This document shows positions 1 to 10,762 of a DNA stretch of 33,326 nucleotides, piece after piece (within the stretch, counting starts at the first letter, position 1; each line of letters begins with the position of its first letter). Position numbers and translations under genes: made by a program. The notes beneath the pieces were generated by a model. That model saw only the letters and a program-made list of their open reading frames with translations. It searched no databases and was not told where the DNA came from. This DNA is from Atractiella rhizophila (lineage: Eukaryota): contig MU271312.1 of NCBI GenBank assembly GCA_021432655.1, forward strand, positions 62,986-96,311, in the 5' to 3' direction.

Positions 1-145
1 GACCTTTGAATACTACTGCCTTTGATACTTAGCACAACCGACACCGTTGAAGAGGTAAGGTTTTTTTCGAAGTAACTAACATCTACTCTCAAATGAAGCC
101 GTTTTTACTTAAGACCAAGGTACAAGGTAGGAAACAAACTAGTGT

Positions 146-1010
146 AGTGTTTGGTCGTCGGGAGTTGGACCTCCATTACTTACATCATGGGTTTCAGACT
201 CACGGTCCTAGACACGGCATTTCGTTTACACCGCGACACTACCGATCTGGTGTTGTGTGGGGTAGTGGATCTGCCACGTAGTCAGATCGCGTAATTGCTT
301 TTTATACCGCTATTTGAATGGCCCCATTGTCTGTAGAGCGTGGAAGGGATTTTTAGTTTCAATTACTTGATTCAGTTCTTACTTTGTTTTTCACTGAATG
401 GCCATAACAGGGTACGAGACCCTTAGCTTCGTCACTACTCCCTTCTATAGGGTATCGTTTCTAGGCATCTCAGGGGACAGGCTTCGGCTTACAGTGCTGA
501 CTAGTGGCCGCATTAACTTCTTTGTCTGGAGGTTCTAACAGCTGTAATCGACATTTAGGTCCAAGAGATACTCCCAACGGTTAGTATTTGTGCCGGCGCT
601 GAAAAACAGGTCGTCGTCTCCATCGGCTCTCAACCAACTCTCGTAAACACCATCGTCGTCGTGGACGTAGTCGTTAAGAGTCCAGAGACGAGGAATACTT
701 CTTCTTTTTGACTGGAACTCTTATCGGGTCGTCTTGCATCTGAACTAGCCCTGTGTTTCTCATAGGCCACAACTAAACTCGCTCCTACAACGCTCAACGG
801 ACTCGTCTTAAAACTAGCTCACGGCGTCCTATATGACACATCATAAGGGATGGTGGTGACTACCGATTCGTCGCACTTGTACTCTGTTCTTTCCACATCT
901 TCTTCCTCCATTTGTTGGTCGCGCTTACAACGCTCTGTACCAGTTCTTAGGGCGTGACCCTGGAACCTAGAGTCAACAGGGAGAGCATAACTAGTAGTGA
1001 TCGAACATTA
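146..1010. other. Cutinase-like (CE5) gene readable only in mirror orientation (+ strand read right-to-left, not complemented); 5' exons unresolved
   Basis: Reversed reading gives MINTRGTTEIQGPSAGFLTMSRNIRA/AISGGREYYTVYPAALDQNSAQATRNILAQINTGYSLCPDQVYVLLGYSQ/GAAATTNALNQLSATSAAGQKVAAVFMIGNPHREPGFTANVDNLG/GDSTDLCYGISSLITASIPRAWDNT/GKVRDVCYP/GDGVCCGLAITAPHLLYGTDPGTQTLGTTFITSRLRAAGL*. GT-AG introns lie at 917-865, 714-664, 528-476, 400-348 and 320-268 (51-53 nt). Stop at 148-146. GYSQG, GDGVC and His motifs match cutinases, and the sequence resembles Cryptococcus cutinase-like enzyme as I recall it. Confidence 0.93.
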
Positions 1011-1326
1011 GTCAAACTTACGGATAGACTCCTTTTTCTTCATGCTGGAGGAGTTTGGCATCTTGAACGAAAATTTTCATCTACTTAGCGGTTCGTGATC
1101 AGGTTCACATGGAGCAGCCATGGTAAGTTAGAGTACAACCTCGCATATTTGCGAGCTTGAAGAAGGGAAAGACCTAGCTACGACTCTCTATGTGGGGAAA
1201 GCTAGATTTGAGACAATCCGACTCAAGACTATATGCCACAGAGTTTAGCGGAGTATTTATTCGTCACGTAGCAAACAGAAATGACGGTTCGGGATGTGTG
1301 GAACCTACAATGCTTATAAAGCTCAT

Positions 1327-2838
1327 CTATATTACAATGATGAAGCGTCTATGAGGATTTTGACCAATGGAAGATAGTGGACCGTTAAGGGAATCCTGCT
1401 TGGTAGCAAGCTCTTCATTCTGCTTGGAGGCCTGGATAGCAAGGAGGAGTCCCTAGACAAAAGCAGCAGTTTACATCAGAGCGCACATTCCCACAATTAA
1501 GGCAAATATACTCCCCCAGATTATGAAATGTTGTCCTCGAATGTTTCGACTGATATCCCGCTTCAAAGATTGATGCCATGACTTGCGGTACTTGATCAGC
1601 CTGTCCAAGTTGTCTATCCTAGTTGCTAGAACCTAGCAGTGAATCAGTTGTGGAGAACGAGTTAAGGTGGACTGTCTCACATTTGGACTCGTGCTCATCA
1701 TTTTGCCATATATTCGCATCGCCCGATTGACAAGCATTTGTTGCCTTTCTGATGTTGGTATTAGGCGATGAGCCTTTGCCAGCTCGAAAGTATGATCCGC
1801 CCCAAAAAGTCCATGAAGTGAGGCCAGAACCTCAGCACCCAAGGACTGAACATCCAATGCACTGATAAGGCCATCAGCTTCATTTGATGACATGACTGGG
1901 CTGGGAATCTTACATGGCAAGCCGATTACAGTCGAAGTGTGTAAGGCTAATGAGATGCTCCTCCTCCTCACAACGCAAAATCCTCACCTCCTCCTTCACG
2001 GTTGTCAAATGGTCCTCGACCTTCGATGTAGTCGCTACTTTTAATCCCGCGGCTAAAATATCTTCAAGGCTGATATTGAACGAGCGAGGTCTAGCCGTGG
2101 TTCTCATAGGCGGAAAGATGGTATGAAATGACTCCTTGAACGTTGAGCATGAAACTGCCTGCATCCGTACACGATAGGATGTTGAAAAACATTCCGCGAG
2201 CATTGGGGCAGCAACCCTGTCAAGCGTTTGTGAGGACACAAATGAATTCAAAGAGCTGGAATGACTGACAGATCCTGATAGTTGAGGACATTATCAGTTC
2301 TATATCCTTCGCGCCATTGGAGTGTGTTCCCAATCAGCTTCGAAAATTCTTGAACACTTCCGTCTCTGTCCTCTTCAATGAATTCCACAAGAGCTTTGTG
2401 AAGTTTGATAACTTCGGCTGGCCCAGCAGAGCTAGCAGAATCGGTAAGCACCCGATGGCTTATTTCGATTGGATGTGGTCGCTTATTGGTGAATCCGAAG
2501 TAGTGAGTAGCATCACGGCGGTATAAGGCGCTGATCAAGTTCTCTCTGTCTCGGGGTGACCATGCACCGGAGGGTGCGAGGATGTCCCATGCGCTTCGCG
2601 GTACGTGATCATTTTCGACGCTGCCCTCAGGACTGGTCTACCAGTTAAGTGTGAATAGACTGAGTCGCTGAGATCTTACGAAGAGCTGTGCCACCGTAAT
2701 TGGGGGACCCATTTCTAAGTATGTTTTCCAGCAACCTGGGGATCTGAAGTGAGAGACCAATGTGACACATCGTGAACAGTCAACTTCCTCTCCTTTATGA
2801 GCGTCAATGAGTGCTAAGAGCCCGCATTTTCGACACAT
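1327..2838 (-). CDS. Multi-exon hypothetical fungal protein, possibly with a C-terminal membrane segment
   Basis: ORF pieces 2638-2838, 2248-2538, 1910-2251 and 1633-1971 are joined by GT-AG introns (e.g. 2679-2638, 1680-1633, 1511-1453, and a ~53-nt GTCAGT...GACAG intron near 2270-2218). The last exon GLLLAIQASKQNEE...RFIIVI* ends at TAG 1327-1329. Splicing around 1990-1850 is not resolved. Confidence 0.6.
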
Positions 2839-3507
2839 TTTCGAGCTCGTACGTGTGTGACGTTTCGTTCTAACGGTTGTAGCCGTTTATGAAGTCTGCT
2901 GAATTGAGAGCGCAACGACGGAAAACAGGAAGACGCTCGAAAAAAAAAGCACAACGGTACTTGTCAAGTCTGTAGTTAAATTCCCTACGGCAATTCCCGT
3001 TATTTAGAAGAAACTGTAACAAGAGTGGTGTAGCATCACGAAGCGGTTGAGGTCAATCTCACGGCCTGATGTTGTAAGCGATGTCCTGTGGGAACGTACT
3101 TTAGCAAGTCTGCTTCTCCGTCGTCCGTTCATCATTCTTTTGTCATCTGTGACTTTGGTCCTGGATCCAACCAGATCCAGATATCCAGCCGCGCTACGGA
3201 TAGACGTCTTTGTATTTTCTCCGTACTACCCTGCTGGAAGTTCATGCACTTCAGGCACTGCCGCAGTTTCACCCGTTGGCAAAGGCGACTCAATTTCGGG
3301 AGATTCCTTCTTGTTGAGTTCAGAATGCTCTGTCTACCATGATATCTAGGTCATTGATGACATGCGCCTACTAATGATTTCAAGCTGACAAGCTCTTTCC
3401 CGTTGCTGCGGAGGATATTGTGCCGCTTTCAATGCCTGACTCCGGTCTCCCGCCATTCGATATGACGGTATAAATCGAGGGCTGCTTGAAAAAATGGTTA
3501 ATACGAA

Positions 3508-5177
3508 ATGTTCACTCCCGCTTCCTGGCCCAATCCTAGTGTTCCCGCTTCCTACTGGCTTACCTTGGACGAGAAGAACCCATTTTCATCCGTCGGTAAA
3601 GATGCTCCATTGCCGCCAAAAGTAGGAACTACAGTCATTGGTAGTGGAATCACAGGCGTATGTTTTGTCTGGGAGTTGGTGAAGATGTTGGAGACTAGAG
3701 AAGACTTGAGGCGTAAAGGACTCAAATTTAAAATCGCCATATTGGAAGCCAGAGACTTTTGTTCAGGTGCCACGGGTCAGTTTGCATCTTTCGGCTTAGA
3801 GGAGACATAACTTTCGATTTAGGTCGTAATGCAGGGAACTTTGTACCAATTGGTTTCATGGGCTTTGCGGAACGTGCTGAAGAATACGCACGTAGGGCTG
3901 CTGAGCTCGAAGATTATGCGACAGGGAAGATCCGGGAGTTTGTGAGTGAAAAGGGGATAGCACATGAAATCGACCTCGCCGATGATGGGGTCGTATTCTT
4001 TTTCGAAACTGAACAGCAGAAAGCTTTGTTTGAGAAAGACATCGAAGGTGCAACCACAGCTGGACGAAAAGATGACAAAAACATCCAATGGCTGAATGAA
4101 GACGACATTGTTAGCGTGAGTACTCTACATATCAAACAAATCTAGTTTTCAAGAGAAGCGTCAGCACACGAACGCAACATCTTTAACAAGTGTTCATTCC
4201 GCGGTCAAGATCAAGAACTGCAGCAATCTCTTTCCGCGAAAACTGGTCACGGCAATTCTTCAAGACGCGCACTCACGCGCTGAAGCCTGTGGCTATGTTG
4301 AGATAGAACTCTTCTGCCAAACACCTGTCACAGCGGTAGAGAAGGCAGATCTGGCGACCGTTGGGAAGCGCTGTCGAGTTCGAACGGAGCGCGGCGACAT
4401 TCTTGCGTTGATTCTCTCCTCCCTCAGAGCGAATCGTTTTATGATAGAGGAGTAGGAATTTTGTGATACACGCAACCAATGGCTACGCTTCTCACATAAT
4501 TCCACATCTGGCACGGAAGATTACGCCTGTCCGAGGACAATATCTCGCCGTGCAGCCTCCCGAGTCGTTTAAGTCTCGAAAGTTGTGGACTCCTTCGATC
4601 GCCAGCCACGGAGCGCTCAACTTTATGTTCCAAAGACCTCTCTCACGCGATGGGTTGCTTATCATCGGTGGAGGCAGACAAGCGGTGAAGGATATGGAGC
4701 GAGGTTTGACGGATGATGGGGCCACAAACGAGGACATCAAGGCTTACCTTCTCTCATACCTGAAAGAGTATTATGGTGGAAAGTGGAAGGATGGAGAAAG
4801 CATCAGAGTGTTGCATGAGTGGTGTGGAATCATGGGTTTCACGGAATCAAAGGAGCCTTTGGTATATACGCGCTTGCCCTTAATTCCTAACTGGTCTGAA
4901 CATTGTGCTTCAGGTTGGTCCCGTACTGGACGAAGATGGAACCATTATCCCAGGACAGTACATTAGGTGCGTGTCTCACCCCTTCATGATGTATCACTTC
5001 CAGTCCTGACGAGTTGTGGACAGCGCTGCTTATTCTGGACACGGAATGACAAAGGCACCAGCCTGTGCGGAAGTCTTAGTGAAGATGATGCTGAGCGAAA
5101 TGGAGCAAAAGTCTTGGGAAATACCGTCATGGTTCCCTTCAGAATGGCTCACAAATAGAATGAACTCAGTTCCATAG
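3508..5177 (+). CDS. FAD-dependent oxidoreductase (DAO / glycine-D-amino acid oxidase-like family)
   Basis: Rossmann motif VIGSGITG; LEARDFCSGATGRNAG across intron 1; VIHATNGY, PVRGQ, LIIGGGR, WCGIMGFT; terminal exon AAYSGHGMTKAPACAE...NSVP* (TAG 5175-5177). TATAAA at 3469. Confidence 0.88.
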
Positions 5178-5289
5178 AAAGTGTCGCCTCTTTGTAATCT
5201 TATTCTGTTGATCATGTTGAAATGGTAACTAGGAGTGTCATAAATTAAGTCACGATATTGCGACGGGATGTAGATGTAAATCGGCAAGC

Positions 5290-7117
5290 CTAGTTCACAG
5301 CTTCTGCTAGACGACTTGGTCGCCATTTCAATCCACTGCTCAAAAGCGCCGCCTTCTCCTTCTCCACCAACGCGTCGAGATCAAGTTCGACAGGTTCTCC
5401 AACCCTCGGAAGGATGCTATCAGCGATCGCGCTAGCCTTCTTCCTAGCCTCCATCCGTCTCGCTCGCCTCGCTACCTTCTCTTCGACCTTTTCCGGTGCT
5501 GGGTTCGGAGCAGGGGTAGCAGCGATCTCCCCCTCTTTGATCTTCTCCAACAATTTCTCTCGTGCTCGTCCTTCATGGAAACCCAGCCGCTCCAAATCTC
5601 CCCACGCCTCTTTCTCCAACTTTCCGGAGCGCTTGAGGAGTTCCATGCGCATTTCTAAACGGGCATGACGATCCCTTGAACGTTCGATAGCCTCAAGGCC
5701 TTGTCTGAGACGCTCTATGCGCTGTGAGTGCGATAGGGACGCGAGGGCGTCGTGAGCTTCTTTTCTACCTTTAGCTGAACTGAGCTCAGAAGCTTTGACG
5801 AGAGGAGGAGGTGGAAGGTCGGTTTGAGAGGACGAGGCGGCTTCGAGACGGTGCTTTTTTTCTTCCAGAGGTTTCAGTCGCTTATCCCGCGGGAGATCCT
5901 GTTGTGTCGTAGGAGCGAGCAGGCCTTCGGATTCGGTGGAGGTGGAGAGGGATGGATCAACGTTTTGGAAGGGTTGAACAGCTGGAGAGCGCAGAGCAAG
6001 AACTTCGCTGGTTGGACGCGAGTCCTTCCATGGCTTCAACTTCCAGAGCCCTTGGTACTTCGTATTCGAATCCAGGATGCCACCCTACGAAGCTGACAAT
6101 CAGTATCTGCCTCTCCGTTGTTTGGTTCCCAGCATCATAACGTTTGTGTAATTACGTGAGGTCTGAACACGCCAAGATCAAAGGAACAAAACCTCCACGG
6201 TTCGAAAAGGACGTTATGAGCGGGAAATCTAATTGCTGTAATGTGGTGCAGCAATTGAGACCCGGTATACAGAGCAAACGATTTGACAAAAGACTGTCGA
6301 AGGAAAGTTCCACATTCAACATAACACGTAGAACATAGTGTTGTTGAACATGGACTCGCCAAGAAATGTCAAAACCCTATTTATGATTGATGATGGCACA
6401 AACATGTTATTATGACAGTTCTGAAGACCTAATGGCGTGTTTCTTCGGGCAATTAAGTGCACTCCAGACGAGAAGAACAGTTTTGGGTATGCAATGTATA
6501 TCCAAGTACGTTTCTAGTTGACCCTCTGAAGTAAAAGAGAAGCGGAGAACACGCATTCATCCGCTATGATTCAATGTATGTTGATAGGACGAGTCCACTG
6601 CGTGAGTAATGTATGCACCTTTCCCTGAATAACGTCCGAATTACGCGCAATACAGCATTCATAACCACAGAGTTAAGGTAACCTGGGGACAGAAAGATAA
6701 AGAACGTCCGTAGCTTCAATTGCTCCCACGACGGTGTTACGAGACACTTCCAAGCAGCACACAGCTGGACGAATATCCATTCCCTGATCTCGAAAACAAG
6801 AAACATACCCTAACGAGCAGCCTAACGACGGTCTGACTAGGCTCCGCTCCCTGCCTCAACCACATCACGATCCTCTCCCTGTTCCAGACCACCCGCTTCT
6901 CCTTCACCTCCAACTGTTTCCTCACCCCAAAGTCGTCCGGTGGAGCCAACATGGGCTGAGGTAGCGGGTCGTATGTCCCAAGAACTTCGATGGGTCGCTT
7001 GTCTCGCGCGGTCGTGGATTGGGTGAGGACGATGTTGTAGAAGGGCCGCCCGTTGTGCGCTATGCTGTCTGGGCGGCGGGAAGGACGTGAAAGGCGTAAG
7101 CGGAGGGGAGCACGCAT
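5290..7117 (-). CDS. MRPS16: Mitochondrial ribosomal protein S16 (bS16m), predicted two-exon form of ~367 aa with a long charged C-terminal extension
   Basis: Exon 7117-6809 has S16 motifs (LRLRLSR, RPFYNIV, ARDKRPIEVLGTYDPLP, ERIVMWLRQGAEPSQTVVRLL). A phase-0 GTATGT donor at 6808 and a phase-0 TAG acceptor at 6085 give RLLVR|GGILDS, matching the usual S16 ending (RLL..AGIL) and continuing in frame into ORF 5290-6039. S16 identity is secure; the join to exon 2 is inferred. Confidence 0.8.
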
Positions 7118-7298
7118 CTTGGATGCTCAAGAGGCACTGAAAGGTGCAAAGAAGAGGCTTTAGTTGTTCAGCCTTTTTGGTTTTGGATGGGACAGGTGGA
7201 CAATTTTTCGTAGTGTTCATAGTCTTTAAACTAAAAGCGTGTCATTTATGTATTTTTCAACTTTCTGAGGCAAAGAACAAAAGGAACAAAAAGTTAGG
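7118..7298. promoter_or_regulatory. Short bidirectional promoter region between MRPS16 and FMC1
   Basis: 181-bp AT-rich spacer between two divergent start codons. Confidence 0.55.
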
Positions 7299-7628
7299 AT
7301 GAGTTCCACTTCTTCCCTTTATCGCAGTCTCCTGCGCTCTGTCCCGCGCACTTCTCCAGTCCGCCCATCCCTACGGTCTTTCGTCGCCTCTGCGCCGCCA
7401 GTCGCAGTGAGGAGTATGGTGTTGTACTTGCAGGCAGAGAAAGAACATGAGGTTCGCATCAGTTTCACCTTGTTTTCGAAATGTTATTGAAATCAAGAAT
7501 AGGAACTCATGCTACGGTATCACCCCGCCTTTAGCTTGACGGAGGAGGAGAGGATAAGGCTTACCGCCAGAAGGGTGGGGTTGGACGTGCCCGAGGAGGT
7601 GAAGCCTGAGGAGAGGAAGGAGGAGTGA
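7299..7628 (+). CDS. FMC1: ATP synthase assembly factor FMC1 (LYR family)
   Basis: MSSTSSLYRSLLR...YLQAEKEHE, intron 7452-7502, then ELMLRYHPAFSLTEEERIRLTARRVGLDVP. The LYR motif and the EERxRLTARRVG motif are characteristic of Fmc1. Confidence 0.85.
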
Positions 7629-8582
7629 TGGTTCCGTCCATTTCGTGTGTCATTCTTCTGACGAGTTCCTCGTTCCTCTGTAACCTCCTTTATTATTACA
7701 CCCTTTAAAATACCACTCCGCGTCACGGCAGCTCGCGCTTTCATTTTTGACTTGCTATATGTCAGTCCCATGCTTTGCGACAGAAAAAGTCTCTGTGGAT
7801 ACTTGCACCTCTGTGACCCGAGAGGGATGCCGTGATCCACTTTATCCCTTGTGTCAATGGCTTCACCATGAAACACACGGAAGAACTGCGAGCTCGTTTA
7901 CCGTCCCGAAATTGACGAATGCTTTGTCTGCGCAAAATCAACAAATCAAAGTGTTGGATCATCCACATTCTTCTAACGTAATGAACTGCGAAACCTCACA
8001 ATGAATAGTGCTGAATCTCCTATCTGTTGCATGATCCATTCATTCATAGAGCTCCTCGAGGAGAGCGAAGTTTGTGTTCATCCTTCCTAGACCGGAGATC
8101 CCTCACCGCTTGACCTTCAACACCAACTTTGCCGGCCAATGAACAGTCTGTATGAGCCTAATCATTTGTAATCTAGCCTCTGAGGCGGGAGGGCCGCCAG
8201 CGATAGAAGAATTCGTGTGATAAGTGTCTATTTCTGCAGCCGCCTGGGATTACTCGATTGCATCTTCAATGCATCCCTTCGCTCACCTGCTCCCCACTTC
8301 CCCGTCTGTAGATTGCACAATCGCGGATTGCAAGGTGGCGGATCCCGTTACTTCGTCCAACAGAATCCCAAAATAGACCAATTCACACATGCCTTCACGA
8401 CAAGAATAGCAACGGCATAATGCTATCACCACAAAGATCGGGAGTCACCTCACTGATAGGTCAGATGCCAATTAGGTGCGGCGGGGGAGTCTGGACCATG
8501 GCTTATGGAGCGTCTGGACTTGCAATCCCACCATTGCAACCAAGGACTTTAGAGCCATTCTCAAAATGGGAGCCGCTCGTCA

Positions 8583-8589
8583 TATAAAA
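8583..8589 (+). promoter_or_regulatory. TATA box of the aspartic protease gene
   Basis: TATAAAA 94 nt upstream of ATG 8677. Confidence 0.6.
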
Positions 8590-8676
8590 GCGAGGGAGAC
8601 TCGCTTTGGATGCTCATCGACTTTCGAGTAACGAGCTCGACTGCTTCTGTTTCGTGTTTCGTCGCCGCTCATCACG

Positions 8677-10322
8677 ATGACCCTCGCTTTACTCTCGCTT
8701 ATCCCCCTTTTGGGACTCGCCTCCGCCGCCGTCGTCCCCTCTGTCGAGGACGGAATCAGGATCCCTCTCACCAAACGCGGCTCTCCCGCCACGAAGCTCA
8801 CTGTCAACGGAGTCTTCAACTCCAACGCTGGCAAGTCTCACCTCGAGCGCGTTGCTGGGTCCGTTCCCTCTCTCTTTACTCCTTCCCATTTTGCTCCCGC
8901 TGACAACCACTTCACATTGATAGAAAATACCAGAGCACCCTCCAGAAGTTCGAGAAGAACACCGGAAAGCCTCACGTCCTCGCTGTTCCCACCAACGGGG
9001 GAATCGTCAAGCGTCAAGCTGAGGCTCTGACCGACGAAGACAGCGAGACGCTCTGGGCGGGAACGATCAGCATCGGTACCCCCGCGCAAAGCTTCCTCAT
9101 CGACTTCGACACCGGATCCTCCGACCTCTGGGTCCCTTCCTCCTCCTGCACCAGCAGCGGTTGCTCCGGACACAAGAAGTACAACCCTAGCTCGTCTTCT
9201 ACCTCTCAGAAGCAGAGCGGAACTTTCGAAGTCGCCTATGGTGACGGCTCCGTCTACGTCTCTGGCAACATCTACACCGATAAGGTACGTGTGCTTTCTT
9301 TTGAGTCGAATTAAAACCTGATGCCCAGTGAAAGGTCACCGTTGGCGGTCTGTCTGCCAGCAACCAATACTTGGGAGCGACCACCGATGAGACCTCCAAC
9401 TTCGCCGACGAAGTCGAGGATGGACTCTTGGGAATGGCCTTCCAGTCTCTTTCCGAAATCGGGCAACCCACTTTCTTCCAGAACGTAGGCTTCTTTTCTA
9501 CCCGTTCTCAGAAATCCACTGACAACCGCCTTTGGCAATAGCTCGTCAGCCAAGGAAAGGTTTCCACTGGATCCTTCGGATTCCGCCTTGCCACGAGCGG
9601 ATCTGAGCTCTACCTTGGTGGAGCTGATACCGCCAAGTACTCTGGATCTATCTCTTACACTCCTCTCACCTCTGCTTCCTACTGGGCCACATCTGGAAGC
9701 GCTCTTGTGTACGTCAACGTCTCTCCTCATTTGATCCATGACTGAAATTTGAGTATAGTAACGGTGCCACTGCGTGAGTTATCTTTCTTCATCTCGTAAT
9801 AACAACAAACCGACATTCTGGTCGAAAGTGTCTCCACCACCATGATCATCGACACCGGAACCACTCTCATCGTCGGAGCCACCGCTACCGTGAAGACTTT
9901 CTGGTCAAAGGTTTCTGGCTCCAAGGCTTGCACTACCGCGACCTGTGGCAGCGGCTCTACTGGATACTACCTCTTCCCTTGGTACGTTGACTGCCCTGTT
10001 CTTGGAATGCTGGCTGATGGTTTTCCTACAGCAACTCTGCTCCTACTGTCTCCTTCTCTTTCTCCGGAAAGGCCTGGGCCATGAGCGCTGATACCTTCAG
10101 TCTCGGTGAGCTTTCTGTCTGCCATTTTACAGTCGAACCCCAGAACTGAACACTGAACATGGAACAGGCCAAGTCTCCTCTGGAAGCTCCTCTTGCGTTG
10201 GCAGCATCGTCGGAGAAGATCTCGGATTGAACGCCTGGATTGTCGGCGACTCCTTCCTGAGGAACGTCTACTCTGTTTACGATTACACTAACGAGCGCGT
10301 CGGATTCGCGACTCCCAAGTAA
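8677..10322 (+). CDS. Secreted pepsin-like aspartic protease (family A1), multi-exon
   Basis: Signal peptide MTLALLSLIPLLGLASA, propeptide RIPLTKR, both catalytic motifs (IDFDTGSSDLWV, IIDTGTT), flap YGDGS, DGLLGMAF, SELYLGG, WIVGDSFLRNVYSVYD; stop TAA 10320-10322. Includes a 15-nt micro-exon at 9759-9773. Confidence 0.95.
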
Positions 10323-10762
10323 ATTGCAACCCAATGTTGTATACTTTACCTTCCTCTCTCTTTCGCAAATACCAAATACCCTTGCTCGGAATGCATGCTC
10401 TTGTTGTTGCAACAACCAATTCTTGAAACCGGGAAAGCATCGTATTTCACAAAAAAAAATGTTGGCAATGGAAACGTATCTGCGACGACCGAAAGAACAA
10501 ACAGCTTGTAAGTATCTTGAATATCGACAGACTCGCATGAAGCTCAGAATTACACTTCATTTCTGTAAGAAAGGTATAAAGCTCTGTGTGTATCCTCCCC
10601 CCCAACGAACTTTGAAACAGACATCAAGCAACGTAACTTTCGTGACTTCGTCGTACAAAACAATTTCGTGCATCCGAACGACAGAAGAAACTCAACGCAT
10701 CATGTGGAAAGTGACGGAGGTATCCTGAGATCCTCCGTTGAATTGATGGGAAACGGATATAC

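Noticed and set aside
93..281. 62-aa ORF on the + strand
   Set aside because: Chance ORF inside the mirror block; it overlies the reversed last exon of the cutinase-like gene.
1..1320. A natural inversion, or real 3'-to-5' encoded biology
   Set aside because: An inversion gives the reverse complement and would appear in the six-frame track. No known mechanism makes or reads a reversed non-complemented copy.
6388..6424. TGATGA...CTGA box C/D snoRNA-like pair in the long intron
   Set aside because: Only ~37 nt long and antisense to the host transcript.
7630..8580. Short ORFs between FMC1 and the protease
   Set aside because: No motifs or consistent splice pattern; treated as UTR and promoter sequence.
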